Shown piece by piece: positions 1-13,054 of a stretch of DNA of 64,000 nucleotides. This DNA comes from Camelus dromedarius. Its lineage: Eukaryota. Each line of letters begins with the position of its first letter. Position 1 is the stretch's first letter. The notes under the pieces were generated by a model. The model was not told where the DNA came from, made no database searches, and saw only the letters and a list, made by a program, of their open reading frames with translations. The DNA lies in contig NC_087436.1 of NCBI RefSeq assembly GCF_036321535.1, positions 75,828,001 through 75,892,000 of the forward strand, in the 5' to 3' direction. The position numbers and the translations under genes are program-made.

Positions 1-289
1 TTAAAGCTAACTCTATGGGAAACATTTTCATATAACCTCTACTTAGGGCAATTCAGCAATAGCTTTTAAAATAATAAATACATTTGCACAGTTACAAGTT
101 GCCATATCTACAGAACTATTCAATAGCTAAAGATTGGAAACACCCCAAAGGTCATCAATAAAAAGAGGCTAGTTAAATAAATTATGGTACGTTCATATGA
201 ACACTGTGTAGCTGTAAATAAATGAGGAAGTTCTCTATGTGCAGATGTGGGAAGAGTTCCAAGGTATGTTGTTAAGTAAAGGATAAAAT
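1..289 (+). mobile_element. Old L1 (L1M-type) ORF2-end/3' fragment, apparently resuming at ~754-1010
   Basis: ttggaaacaccccaaaggtcatcaat...aaataaattatggtac resembles the L1 ORF2 3' end. Confidence 0.65.
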
Positions 290-751
290 GGCACACGTAT
301 TTCTGGTTCGGTTCCAGATCACCACAATAAAGTGAGTATTGCAATAAAGTGAGTCACACCAATCTTTTGGTTTCCCAATGTATAGACGAGTTTTGTTTAT
401 GCTACACTGCAGTCTATTAAGTGTGCAGTAGCATCATATCTTAAAAAACAAGGTACATACTTTAATTTAAAAATACTTCATTGCTTCAAAAAAGCATAAC
501 AATTACAACAGTAAATGAAAGATCACTGATCACGGGTCACCATAACAAATATAATAATAATAAAAAAGTTTAAAATAGTGCAAGAATTGCCAAAATGGGA
601 CACAGAGACACAAAGAGAGCAAATGCTGGTGGAGAAATGGTACCGATAGACTTGATCGATGCAGGGTTGCCACAAACCCCCAATTAAAAAAAAACCCCAC
701 AGTGTCTGAGAAATGCAATAAAGCAAAAGGACATAAAACGAGGCATGCCTG
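290..751 (-). mobile_element. Internally deleted Tigger1-type (TcMar) DNA transposon
   Basis: The right end read on the minus strand is CAGGCATGCCTCGTTTTAT, the Tigger1 terminal repeat, flanked by TA at 752-753. The left part ggttcggttccagatcaccacaataaag matches the opposite Tigger1 end. Confidence 0.85.
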
Positions 752-1099
752 TATACAGTATGCCACATAGTGCAGTAGAAGAGAGGGGGTTTTTATATTT
801 TATAAATTATAAAATTTTATATTTACAGCTGCTTGTGTTTGTGTAAAATAATTTTGGAAGCTTATATGTTAAAAAAATATAAAAAATAAAAGAGATTACC
901 TATGGTGGTGTGAGGTTTGGGAATTGGACAGGTTAGAAGTGGGATATTTTACAGTTTTATGTATTATGTATGTAAAACCATAGGAATGTGTTACTCACTC
1001 GAAAAGTAAAATTAAGAGAGGAATAAGCAACTGTTTGGATGCTCTTCTCCTGTCTCAGTGTATCTATAGTCTTTTAAAACAAACATTCTTTTAGTATAA

Positions 1100-1570
1100 G
1101 TAGTGTCATTACAATGACTTCACGAAAGCTTCCCTGGAGGGGGGATCTGATTTACAGTTCTCTGAGCTCCCGCAGCGCTGTGAGGACAGATCGCGTTCCG
1201 CCTTGTGTGAGCATCATTTATAGACGCCATTTTCAAGGCCGGTCTCTGTTTACCTCCTGCCATTCTCACCCTCACCTCTCCACGACCTTCATGCTGTTAC
1301 TCTTCTCGCTTTCTTGAACAGGCTACATTCCCTCCCACAGAGAAGGCTCCCCTGATGCCCTTGACTCAGTCAGCTTGCCTCACTGTTCTTTTCTGTCTCT
1401 GTACATTCCTTTCACTTGTTCCTGCATGTAATGTCGGTATTTCCTACCTGAGTTCAGACAAAAGGCCCATGCTGGACTGGGCTGTATTCATGTTGTTTAA
1501 TTCTGTGTCCCTAGTGCTCAATATGGTTCCCGGTAACGGTGAGCACATGTTTGTTGATTGGAAGTGAAAT
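1100..1570 (+). mobile_element. L2 3' fragments
   Basis: ctgtgtccctagtgctcaatatggttcccgg...atgtttgttgattg resembles the L2 3' terminus. Confidence 0.5.
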
Positions 1571-1649
1571 GTTACTCCTCTCTTAGCAGAGAGTGCTTTC
1601 CTTACGGGTAAGATATGCCATGTTTCTGTAGCCCATATCATATAAAGGA

Positions 1650-1760
1650 CAGCAGTGCATAATGGGTAAGAGACAGGGGCTCAAATAAGAGCATGGCCAT
1701 TCCCCAACTCTGGGATCTTAAACTTTTAGCCTCTCTGGGCTTCAGAGTTCTCGTCTATAT
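1650..1760 (+). mobile_element. MIR SINE 5' part (3' part apparently at ~2405-2495)
   Basis: gcctctctgggcttcagagttctcgtctata is like the MIR core. Confidence 0.5.
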
Positions 1761-1770
1761 TAAGTTTTCC

Positions 1771-2110
1771 TTTCTTTCTTTTTTTTTTTTTAATAACACT
1801 TTTTATTGATTTATAATCATTTTACAATGTTGTGTCAAATTCCAGTGTAGAGCACAATTTTTCAGTTATACATGAACATATATATTCATTGTCACATTTT
1901 TTTCTGTGAGCTACCATAAGATCTTGTATATATTTCCCTGTGCTATACAGTATAATCTTGTTTATCTATTCTATAATTTTGAAATCCCAGTCTATCTCTT
2001 CCCACCCACTGCCCCCCTGGCAACCACAAGTTTGTATTCTATGTCTGTGAGTCTATTTCTGTTTTGTATTTATGCTTTTTTATTTTTAGATTCCACATAT
2101 GAGCGATCTC
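1771..2110 (-). mobile_element. Young lineage-specific L1 3' end, 5'-truncated
   Basis: Poly-T, then ttttattgatttataatcattttacaatgttgtgtcaaattccagtg...tttagattccacatatgagcgat (L1 3' UTR, antisense). Confidence 0.88.
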
Positions 2111-2400
2111 ATTTTCATTCATTCTTTCATTCAATAAATATTTACTGATTGTCAACCATAGGCCAGGCACTGTTCTAGGAACTGTGAGACAATGGTATGC
2201 AAGACAAAAAAGTGCTCACTGTCTGTAACACACATTCTAATTGGGATAGGCAAGGGGTGGGTGGAGAGAGGCACAAAAAACACTTAAAGCAAATAAACAA
2301 AAATTCCAAGTCGTGGTAAAGGCTACCATAGAGTAGCTGAAGGTGGCTAATTCAGAGCGTCCAGGGAAGGCTTCTCTGAGGAGTTAATATCTGAACTGAG
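2111..2400 (-). mobile_element. L2 3' end
   Basis: cattcattc...caataaatatttactga...ccaggcactgttctagg...gaaggcttctctgaggag are L2 hallmarks. Confidence 0.75.
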
Positions 2401-3550
2401 TTTTTGAGCAGATTCAATGAGATAGTGTCTGTCAATCCTTTAAAATAATGTCTGCCATATAATAAACTTCAATAAATGAAAACTATTAGTATTATTAAAA
2501 ACTTGTCAAGAGAATGACCTAGAAATATGTAAAAATATAAGCAGATTGTCTTTAGGATATAAAATGCTATCATCACAACATTCATATGTGGATTTATATG
2601 AATGAATCTAGTTTGTGTGTGTGTTGAGTCAGCAAGTTCTTTTATGAGTGAAGGACTCTCCTTTTTTGATTCTGAAGAGTGAATCCTCCACCTTGCCCCA
2701 GAGCAGTACAATTTATACCCTAGGAGTGGTTGAATTACCCACAGCACCTGACTAACAATGTTCTCAGGGAGAAATCACAGAAACAGATGTAACATTTGTT
2801 TTTACAAATAGATTTGATGTTCTCTAAGGTCCCATGAATCTATGAGTTTTTACATGTTTGTTATACTGAGTTGATGAAAAAAAAATGTGTATAGGTAGGT
2901 GAAGATCTGAGAGAGAGAAACTATGGGTGTCTCAATACAAACTCACCACCATCCTGATGTGATAGTCAAATCGTTGGACTGTACTGGCTGGTGTCATCAT
3001 TGGGTAGGGTTGAAAAATTCCACTGTGTCAGGCACTGCTCATTTAATCCCCCCAAGAACTACCCTGGGGTGGGTTCTTGAAAGCTGACCCTTAGATGAGG
3101 GAAGTGGAAGAGGGGAAGCAAGGGTACGATTTCTGGGTGAAGTTGACTTGGGCTGGAGGTCCCAGGGGAATTCAGGGGTATGATCTGTGTCTCCACTGGA
3201 GATAAGGAGTGGGTGCGTACATGCGCAGAAACAATAAATATGACCCAGCGAATCTGGGTGGAGCGCTGACAGTATCCTCAATGTATTCATCTTCCTAATT
3301 TACATTAGAGGAAATTTGAAAGTTTATGCACTACCTGTCAAGGAGCAGAGCTTGCATACAAACTCAGACAGGTTTGATGCCACAATTCACATTCATTCTC
3401 CCCTAAGAAACATGCCTCCCTTTCCTGACCATCCATCAGCCAAATATACAGAAACATACCCTCTATTTATATAGACATCCATACACAGCTTCCTGAGGTA
3501 GACAGTTATCAGGAATTACCATGAAACGTTATATTTGGGAATCCCTAGAA

Positions 3551-4130
3551 CAGCACTGTCTAGCGGAAATAGAATATGAGCCACACACACAGTTTAAAAT
3601 TTGCCAGTGGTCACAACAAAAAAGAAACACATGAAATGACATTTAATAATCAACTTTGCTGTACACCTGAAACTAACATCATGAATCAGCTACACTTCAA
3701 TAGGAAAATAAGAATTTTAAAAAATCTCCGCTGGCTAAAAAAAATAATCTACTTTATTTACCCCAGCATATTCAAAATATTGCTATTTCAATCTGTAATC
3801 AATATAGAAACTATAATGAGATACTTCACATTCTTTTTTTATAGAGTCTTTTTGTATATTTTACACTAAGTGCATCTCAAGTTGATTGTGAAATGTCTAT
3901 CAGAAATATTTGATATGAATTTAGATTTCATAAAATTTACAGTTGAAAAAAGGAGATTCACTGGCCAAGTTGGTCCAAACATACTTAGAAGTTTCCATAA
4001 CAGACTTGAGTATCATTTTTTAATTTAAATCAGTGAAGATCAATGTTAAAAATATTCAGTTCCTCAGCCACACTAGCCACATTTCAAATGCTCCATAGTT
4101 TCATGTGATTAGTGGTTACCATAGGACAGA
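3551..4130. mobile_element. hAT Charlie1/MER33-type DNA transposon, interrupted by a short L1 tail at ~3652-3742
   Basis: Starts cagcactgtctagcggaaatagaatatgagccaca and ends ctagccacatttcaaatgctc...agtggttacc. Confidence 0.8.
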
Positions 4131-4624
4131 AAACGTGTCCTATGAGAAGGGACAAGGTTGTGACTCTGTACACCATCAGCAACTGAAACAGTCTGTTTAT
4201 CAGCAAACAAATATTGTGTCTATTGTGCTGTACATCGTAGATACAGTGATAAACAAAACAGCCATGGCCAGGAACAGTGAAGACACCAACTTTGCCATTG
4301 GAGTTGCTCAAAAGGAATGAGAATTAGCTGTGTCAATAGTTTGGGATTAGAGCCATTCAGGAAGGAGATGGTGATCTTTGTTTGACCTTTGCTAAACCAC
4401 CTATGTGCAATACTTAATTTTCATCTCCAGAGGCTTGGTTACCTGCCTTTTGTAATCTGGTATGAAGCTCTGCAGCACACCCCAAAGTACTGGGAAGTGG
4501 CCGTTTTGACCCCATAAGCTCACCTGTACATGCCAGCTAGTGCTGGAAGCACAGCCGGGCACAAACACATGAAAGCTCTAGGCAGACTTTGCCAAACCTT
4601 TAAAAGTATGTAGAGGTTTTTGCT

Positions 4625-5150
4625 TAAAGGAAATTTCCAAAAGGCATGTGCAAAAATGTTCATAGTAGCACTATTCCTAATTTCCAAAACTTGGACATTA
4701 TCCAAACATACATCAACAGTAGAATGATTTAATAAATAGTGGGATTTTCTAGAATAGTCATACAGCAAAATACCACATAGCAAAGAGAACGAACAACCTC
4801 CAGTTACATCCAGCAATACTGATGAATCTTACAAACATCCTGAGTGAAAGAAACCAGATAGAAAATAAGAACAAAATGTAGGATCCCATTTGTACCAAGT
4901 TCAAAATTAGGCAAAACTGATCTATGATTTTAGAAGTCAGGATAATCATAATTTTGCTGGAGGGTGGTGGGGGAAGAGTCTGATTACAAAGTGGCATGAA
5001 GAGGTCCCCTGGGATGCTGGCCAAGTTCTGTTTCTTCATTGTAAGCTGCTTATGAAGGGATGTTTATTTAATGAAAAGACTTATGATTTGTGTACTTTTC
5101 TGTGTATATGTGTTATACTTTAAACTACATGTAATTAATAAATAAATTAT
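4625..5150 (+). mobile_element. Old L1 (L1ME/MC-type) 3' region
   Basis: aatgttcatagtagcactattc...catcaacagtagaatg...atgaatcttacaaacatcctgagtgaaagaaaccaga. Confidence 0.8.
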
Positions 5151-5679
5151 TGAAGACCAACAGAGATTTGCTGTCCATTCTGGAACTCTAAAGACAAGTT
5201 GGCCATGTCAAAGTTGGGAAAGTCAAAGTTATCATTCCATTCTGTGATTCTACTTTTTTAAAATCACAAACATCTTTCCTGGAGGCAAAGGAAAGCCAAG
5301 CTGACCACAGAGCCTGCAGAGTCCAGGAGATAATAGGTAACAAAAAAAGAGAACCTTGGTGCTGGTTGCGGTTCCTCAGCCTGGCATGTCCTTCCCTCGC
5401 TTCTACCTAATGAAAACCTAACCTCCGTCAAGTTCTATTTGTGACACTTCCTCCTTGATTGCCATAAACAAAAATGATCTCTGCTTCTTCTGAACTTGTA
5501 GGGCACTTGTCAGTACTAGTCATCACACACTGCCATGCGTTATAGCGAAGGTGGATCCCCCCGACCTGCATCTGTGCCTGTACACTCTGGCTAGCTGCTG
5601 TTTTTATGGATGCACCGGGGTTCATGATCCTATCTAAAGCCAAGCCCTTATTCTGGTTGGCATCTCCTCTGCCTACTCC

Positions 5680-6800
5680 AGGACTGGGCTCTTGAAACTT
5701 TCCTCCCTCGTTCCTACATCGTCAATCTTTTCCTCTCTACTGAACCATGCCCATCAGCATAAAAACACGCTGTAATTTTTCCTATTAAACAAGCGTTAAA
5801 AAATTTAAAAACAGTAACAACAACAACAACAACCTCAAAGCTATGTCTCCCTCAAGATACTGCCCATTTCTTGGCTCCCCTTTATAATGAAACCCCTTGA
5901 ATGAATTGTCTACACACTGTCTCCAATTCAATTCCTCCTTCCCTCATGCTTTGTTGAACCACTTCAATGATATTTTTGTCCTCAACTCTCCAAAGAAACA
6001 GGTCTTATCACAGTTTGTCAATGATCTGAAACTCTCCTAGACTGGTGACTTATGGGAAATAACCTTCTAGTATTGAGCCTTTGTATTTTGTCTTTCTTTT
6101 TTAAATCACAGAAACTTAGCTTAGCTTAAGTAATAGAGCTAAGAACTTCCACATTTATGTGTTTGGTTTATACATCTCCTCTGGACTCCACCCTTGTATA
6201 TCCAGCTGTCTACTCAGCAACCAGTTGAATGTAGAGTGAGCATCTCATACTTCATAAATCAAAATTAGGCTTAATTTCCATCCCTAGACACTCTCCCCCT
6301 CTTAGAAGGTAGCCTTCCATTCTCCTTGCTCAGATCCCAAACCATGCAGTCATCCCTGACACCTCTCCTTCCCTCATATCCACATCCAGCCACCAGGAAA
6401 GGCCATCATCATCTCTTGCCAGATGATTGCAACAGCTTCCTAACTCGTCTCATTGCTTCCTCCCTGGCCCTGACCCCTCTCAACACAGGAGCCAGAATAA
6501 CCTTCAAAAAATATAGGTCAGTGTTAGTCACTCTTCTGCTTCTCATCTCCTTAGGAATCAGATCCAGAGTCCTAAGCTTGACCTGCAAAGCCAAATGATC
6601 TTGTTCTGTTTCCTGTCTGACCTTATCTCCCGCCACTGTCTTCCTCCCTTACTTGGGCCCCGCCCATTGGCCTCTGCTCTTCCTCAAACACCATGGCCAC
6701 TTCAGCCTTCCCGACCATGATCTTGCTGCTTTTCCTGCCCAGAAGATTATTCCCCTCAATAATAACATGATTCACTCCCACACTTTCTCAGTTTCTCCTC
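5680..6800 (+). mobile_element. L2 fragments
   Basis: Pyrimidine-rich L2 body, e.g. gattgcaacagcttcctaact and ccagagtcctaagc. Confidence 0.65.
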
Positions 6801-6819
6801 AAATTTTCAATGCTTTCAT

Positions 6820-7070
6820 TTGGCTTTTAAATTATTCATTTATTGATCTAAGAAATTTGTTCCATGCAATAGACACTATGCTGGGAACATAAAGATGAAT
6901 ATGACATGAGCTTTCTCCTTAAGTCACTGCTAAACCAGACTAGAGACTGGGATTTCCAAGAAGGTTTCCTAGAGGAGATAGCCCCTAAGATGAATCTTGC
7001 CCCCCAAAAATAAGAGTTAGTTGGTGGATCAGGCAAGTAAGTGCTTTCAGGGAGACAGTGTAGCAACTGT
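6820..7070 (-). mobile_element. L2 3' fragment
   Basis: ttcatttattga...gacactatgctgggaac...aagaaggtttcctagaggag. Confidence 0.6.
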
Positions 7071-7444
7071 TAATGAGTCTGGGTTGGACACATGTGCATA
7101 TATATTCAGAGACCATAGGATCAGCCCTACTTATCCCAGAGCCTGGTCATGGGCTACTGTGTGAGCACTGGAGATAACTCAGTTAACCACAGAGGATGGG
7201 AAAGAGAGAGGAGAATTCAAACAACTGGCCACTAGGATGGTGCAGGAGAGAAGCCAAGAGCAGTGACAAGACGTGGAGAATGCAGAGCACTGCCAAGGAC
7301 GAGAGGGGACGTTCAGACAAGCAGTTAGAATGAGCAGCCCATTAGCGAGAAGGAGAGATGGCCCAGCATGTGGGCAGAATTCAAGAACAGGGATTCCTGC
7401 AGCAAGCAATGTTCAGAGATAGTAATAGTGATAAGAGTTTGTTA

Positions 7445-8211
7445 TACTGGAGGCTCTCAGTGGATCCAGTCTCCTGGTATTCATGCCCTCCTCAGACTCA
7501 TCCCTTGAGCAAATGCTGGTCCTGTGACTTGCTTTCACCAAATAGTTCTCAACCAGGGAAGATTTTGTTCCCCAGGGGACATCTGACAGTGCTTGGAGGC
7601 AATTTTGTTTGTCATAAGTTAAGGGAAGTGGAGGTGCATTGAGTGGGTAGAGGCCAGGGAGGTGTTAAACATCCAGCAATGCACAGTAGAGTCCTCCACG
7701 ACAAAGAATTCTCTGGCCCCAAATGTCAATGGTGCTGAGGTGGAGAAACTAATAGAATACAACCTAAGCCTTAAGACTTTACTCTTGAAGGACCTAGACA
7801 CTTTCACTCTTTCACTCTGGGAAGCAGGGTACCCAGCTTTCTTAAACAGGCAGCTCAGAGACTCTGTGGAGAGACCACATGAAAGGACACGTGGAGAGCT
7901 AGCAGGCCTAAGTATACACAGAGAAAAGGACCCAGCTGACAGCAAGAACCAAGGTCCCAGATACATGATCCCAGGCAAGCTCTTCCAGCTGGCTCCCCAT
8001 CACCTTGAGGCATCTTTACTGAGATGCTGGACACAGGAGCCAAGATGATATCACGGATGTTTCAGCACCAGCAGACATCACAGGGAAGAGAGACAAATGG
8101 TCCCCCTCCAAGCCCTGCCCAAATTATGGAATCACGAGCACATAAATAAAATGTCGATTTAAGTCACTAAGTTTGGGGAGAGTTTGTTACATAGCAATAG
8201 ATAGATGAAAC
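7445..8211 (+). mobile_element. MaLR LTR (MLT1F/G/H-like), interrupted by MER20
   Basis: 3' end tttaagtcactaagtttggggagagtttgttacatagcaatagatagatgaaac is the typical MLT1 terminus. Confidence 0.8.
7541..7752 (+). mobile_element. MER20 (hAT-Charlie) DNA transposon
   Basis: gttctcaaccaggg...ccccaggggacatctgaca...gggtagaggccaggga...ggccccaaatgtcaatggtgctgaggtggagaaac. Confidence 0.9.
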
Positions 8212-8219
8212 GGCCAACA

Positions 8220-8430
8220 TAATAGGCACTATTCTAAGCACATGTCTGATTACAACCCTATGAAGTGGGACTTGTTACTATCAATGCCACTTTCATGATG
8301 AGGAAACTTAAGCACCTAAAAACAAAGAAATTAAGTATCTACCCAAGGTTAACACAACCAGTGGGTAAGAGGGCTGGGCTTTGCACCCAGGCAGCCTGAC
8401 TCCAGAGGCTGGATGTTAACCATCTTGTCA
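8220..8430 (-). mobile_element. MIR SINE
   Basis: acaaccctatgaagtgg...atgaggaaacttaagcac...cccaggcagcctgactccagag. Confidence 0.8.
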
Positions 8431-8446
8431 CCTAGCCGGTCTGGTC

Positions 8447-8580
8447 ATTGACTCATTCACTCATTCAACAAATACTTATGCAGAACCTACTTGTGCCAGA
8501 CACTGCTCTATGCAGACAGGATACAATGGAGACCAAAACAGAAAAATTTCTGGTCTCATGGAATTTACTTCTAGTGAAAT
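8447..8580 (-). mobile_element. L2 3' end
   Basis: tcattcactcattcaacaaatacttatg...tgtgccagacactgctcta. Confidence 0.75.
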
Positions 8581-8589
8581 CCAAGGAGC

Positions 8590-9033
8590 CACAGTAGCAT
8601 GCTGTCAGGTAGGAGGACATCAGTTTCTCTCCTGCCTGCCAGGCCTCTATTCTAGCACCCCCATTTCCACTGGAGAGTTGCCCCTCCTTTTGGATAAAGT
8701 CTGTTAGGACTATTACTCAAGGTGGCCAGCCCTCCCCTTACCAAGTCAGGCCAAATGTTTCTGTCCTGGGGTTTGAATCTTCAGAAAAGTAGAAAAAACA
8801 TTGGAAATAGTTGGAACTCATTCATTCCAGGGGTTGCTTTGAAATAAAACTATTGAGAAGCTCTTGCTTGCTACCCAGACCCCCAAATCTGCCCTGCTTC
8901 CTACCTATTTATGAACTTTGTTCTACAGGCGCCTTGTGGTCCTGTGAGCCATCTGATATCTTTCTAATAAATCCCCACATTGAGTTAGGCAGAGGCTGGT
9001 TCTGACGCTTGTGATTAAAGGGCTCTAACTACA
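8590..9033 (+). mobile_element. Old MaLR/ERVL-type LTR
   Basis: Ends ctaataaatcccc...gcttgtgattaaagggctctaactaca, like an MLT1 3' end. Confidence 0.5.
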
Positions 9034-9554
9034 AGTCTGGAGTTCAGGAGAAGGTCTCTGGGCCCAGTGGGGAGACTCACAGGAATAAATAGTATTGGTG
9101 TCTCCCAATAATTAATTGCATCTCTGGTTTCTTGATAGAGGCAACTGATGCTTCTTCATTCTTACAAAGTGTCACGCAAAAATAGTTTAAAGCCTCCTTC
9201 TTCAAATCAGATTGCTGTACTAAGATCTTCCTGCATAGAAATTCTGAAGATACCATTGGACATAGTTTTTAAAGCAAAGACCAAGACACGGGACACCAGT
9301 TCATGAAACTGTGATAAAGACACTAGACTATTTAGAAGTCCAACTGGCAGGATTAAGCCTGAGCTCAGAACCAGACCAGCAGCCCATGCCCAAGGAAAGG
9401 GAGATTCCAAGAACTTTCCCAGACTCCCTGAGTCAAATCTCTGGGGTGTACACCAGGAACTTTCATGTTTATATAAATGATTCTGTCAGTGATTCTGAGG
9501 CTCATGAAAATCTGATCACCACATTGTTCAGTGCTGGGCTAGAGCTCCTTAGGT

Positions 9555-9665
9555 TAGTGCTTGTCAAACTTTAACATGCACACAAGAGATCTTGCTAAAG
9601 TTCAGATTCTGATTCAGCGATTCTGTATTTCTAACAAGTGAGCAGGTGACGCCCTTGCTGCTCAG
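9555..9665. mobile_element. MER5-type DNA transposon fragment
   Basis: tcaaactttaacatgca...cagattctgattcag...tgtatttctaacaag. Confidence 0.7.
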
Positions 9666-11129
9666 GTGGGTCACAGAGTCAGGGTGGGGCAAAGCCTGAA
9701 GCTGGGAGGCAGGAAGAGAGAGGCTGAGACGGAGACAGAGCCTGACGGCTTGTTCCTTGGCAAACTGACAGAAGATACATCACAGAGTCTGCAAAGCTGA
9801 CAACTAGATTCCTGACCGCCGCGGCGGTGCCATTCTTTTGGTTTAAACAAAGTAGTCCCTGAAGCAGCTGGGAGACTCAACCCATTAATTCGGTCCTCAG
9901 GTAGCTACTTCGCCCGACCCTTTCTCTCCGGTTCCTTGTTCAGCATTACAAGATGAAACAAAGGCAAAGATGTGGATCCAAAGTTCAATCAGTCTGATGT
10001 AATTGTTCTTAATTAGAGTGCAAAGTAGTCTTTTTGTCGGCCAGCACGTCTGTGTTTATAATAGTTTCGTGTTTACTGTTCTAATAAAAACTATTTCTCA
10101 CTATGATAATAAAAGCACCTAAAAAGCTGACGCAGACAGTTTCCAAATGGTAGATGAGACAGAATCAAGTTTTTCTGAAGAGCTTGTGAAGGTTTAATTA
10201 CTAGACACAGCCTTTCCTTTTCTGTTCATTGATACATTCAGTAGTAATCATGGCCCGGGTAGGAGGCTAAGCATTAATATTTGTCATAGGTATTATGCGG
10301 TCCCAAGGGCTTGGCCAAGAAAGAAATTCAGCCTCTGTGTGCTGTTTGATGAAACTCACAGGATCCACTCCATTTGCTCCATTTATTTATTAAATGGAAG
10401 ACTATGTGCAAACCCCTGTTCCATGTCCTCTGGAGGAAACCCAGAAATGAAGGTAGAGTTCCAAATGGTAGGGAATAAACAACAGGTGGGCTGGACTTCA
10501 TTCAAAATGTGAGTCACACCAAAAATGAGTGTGGGGTTTTTTTTTAAGGAGTCATCTCCACTCCAGATTTCAATGTATGTTACTCAGCATAAAATGGGCA
10601 TTTAATACCTACCACAATAGCTGTTTATTACGGCAAAGCTCTACTGAACTGATGTATTTATTAGTGTAAGCAGTATTTGCAGGGCTGAGCAGAAGGAGCT
10701 GGGAAAGGTAATGCTCTCAAAGCTTTTTATCCCCTATGGACAGAAGTTCATCAAATGAAAAGTTTGAAAACCTCTGGTTTATACTGGAATTATTTCTCAA
10801 ATAGCAATTTCAAGATAGATGAATGATAGTAAAAATCACTTAAAAGTATGTGTTAAGCACTCACATGCAAATTCTTTGTGACAGAGCTATGCTGTTTCAG
10901 GAAACTCCTGGAAGTGATCAGGGAGAGAATGTGAGACCACTGGGGAGGAGAAGTCCAGAATGAGGGCAAGGAGAGAAAAAAATGTCCATCGTGGAAAGGG
11001 CTGAGGGAAGGATGTGTTGACCTCAGGTCTAAGAAGGGTGATGTAGAAGGAGAGGCACAGAAACGGGTCACCAGCACCTTGAAAGACTTGAGAAGAAAGC
11101 AAAGGCAGCATGAGGACCATAACCTGATT

Positions 11130-11403
11130 AGAGAGGCCTTACCTGACCAATTACCTAAAGTGCTCTGATCCAAACACATCATTTTCTATCCATTTACACT
11201 GCTGTAATTTTTCCTATGATGCTGATTATTACTATTTGACATTATTTTATGCTCTATGAATATATATTTGTTTATCTTCTGTTTCAATTACAGTGTAAGT
11301 CCCATGACGCCTGGCACCTGGTCTTTTTCACTGCTGTACCCATAAGCCTAGAGCAAAAACAAGTACTCAACAAAATACGTGTTAAATGAATTAAGTGAAT
11401 GAA
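11130..11403 (+). mobile_element. L2a-like 3' end
   Basis: tgtaagtcccatga...cactgctgtaccc...agtactcaacaaaatacgtgttaaatgaattaagtgaatgaa. Confidence 0.75.
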
Positions 11404-12364
11404 ACCAACAAAGGGGTTGGAAAAAGGGAAAGGCAGAATGCTAGTACCAGTTTTAGAACAGAGATGAAGTGAGTAAGGATGGGGATGGGGGAAGATAAAA
11501 AACTAAAGAAACATTTTATTGAATATCTCAAGACAAAAAGATATATGAGATCCTAAACTTACCCCAAATCCAATCTAAGTGGCCTAGAAGCATTGTAAAA
11601 TATTTGTGAGCTTTAGAATAGAAGCATCAAATAATTCTAAGGGAGAAAAACTGAGCCCCTGATTCTGGGTAAAAGGGCCCGTAGACTCCAAAGACCCTCC
11701 AACCCTCCCCATCCCAGCTGCAGAAAAAGGCCTTGGGCAACTTCACTTGTCCCAGGGGTTCATCAGACCCGCCTGGAAAGTCATGCTAGCGGGGGCATCC
11801 AATGTCACTTGGGAGCTATTCAAGAAAAGAGGAAAGCAGAATTAGTAGGGGGAAAAGCTTTATAAATCTATTAACTAGTCAGAAAAGAGAATTTGACTAA
11901 CCACCCCTCCTACCGCCCCCTGGTCCCCTCAGACAGTGTCTCATTGTTGGGATTATGTTTACTTGAGAAAAGACAAAGCCTCAGCTGTGACTCTGTGGTT
12001 GTGCACGCCTAGTACTTATTTTATCAAATGTCTTTGTGCCGGCAGGCAGGAGTGATGCTGAAGAGGCTGGTTTAGGCAAAGGACAAAGGAGCAACTTGTG
12101 ACTCCACTGGGAAGAGAATGCATTCCAAATCACCTCCATCAGAGACCCGCACTGATTTGTCCTTGCCTTGTGTGTACTGATAGCCAGCTGTTAGTCCTAC
12201 TCAGACCAACAGTATCTCCACACAGGAGAATCCTTCTGCCCTGAAAACAAAATTCAGACGCAGGTTGATCTGATAATGGTGGTTACCTCTAAAGAGTAAA
12301 GGGGAAGAGGGACACTTCACCATTTTATGAAGTCTAAAAAAGTGGTGAAATTTTTGTTTCCTTG

Positions 12365-12555
12365 CTTTTTTTGTTGATTTTTCCTTTTTTTATTCTTATT
12401 TTTTATTGAAGTATAGTGTGTTTACAATGTTAGTTTCATGTGTACAGCAAAGTGATTCAGTTATCCATATACATACGTATGTATATTTCCTCAGATTCTT
12501 TTCTGTTACAGCTCATTACAAGGAACTGAATATAGTTCCCTGTGCTACACAGTTG
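12365..12555 (-). mobile_element. L1 3' end, 5'-truncated
   Basis: T-rich tail, then ttattgaagtatagt...gtacagcaaagtgattcagttat...atagttccctgtgctacacag. Confidence 0.85.
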
Positions 12556-13054
12556 TTTCCACTTGATATTTTTAAAACTGTAGTTTTATAAAATAAGACA
12601 TTGATGGATTATGCATACTTTTTTACTCTCTTTTTTTTTCCATTTGACATTTCTAATGTACACATCTTTTTAAGAAAATCAGGTTGTAGGAGAACATTGT
12701 GTTAAAAAAAATGTTGATGGCCATTAGATTGAAGATGATTTAAAAATATAACTACCAGCCAGGTATGTTTTACAGTACTATGTAAATATTAGCACAGGTA
12801 TGTCATAATAATAACTAATTCTTACTCATCACTATGTCCTGCTCTGGGTTCTTTGCTGTGTGTTCATTTATTTAATACTTACAGCAACTGGATGGGAAAA
12901 GTACTATTTAATCCCTATTTACAGCTGAGGAACTGGCACTGGCTGGGGAAGAGTGGTAGATGTAAGTAAACATCAAAGGCTTGTGGTTGTGTCACTCATA
13001 GCTCTGCAGCCATAATGTAGACATGTCATGTACGCTGTCTCGGATTCGTTTTCT

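Noticed and set aside
11911..11927. CTCF-like ACCAGGGGGCGG on the minus strand
   Set aside because: It lacks the 5' CC of the core and has no other support.
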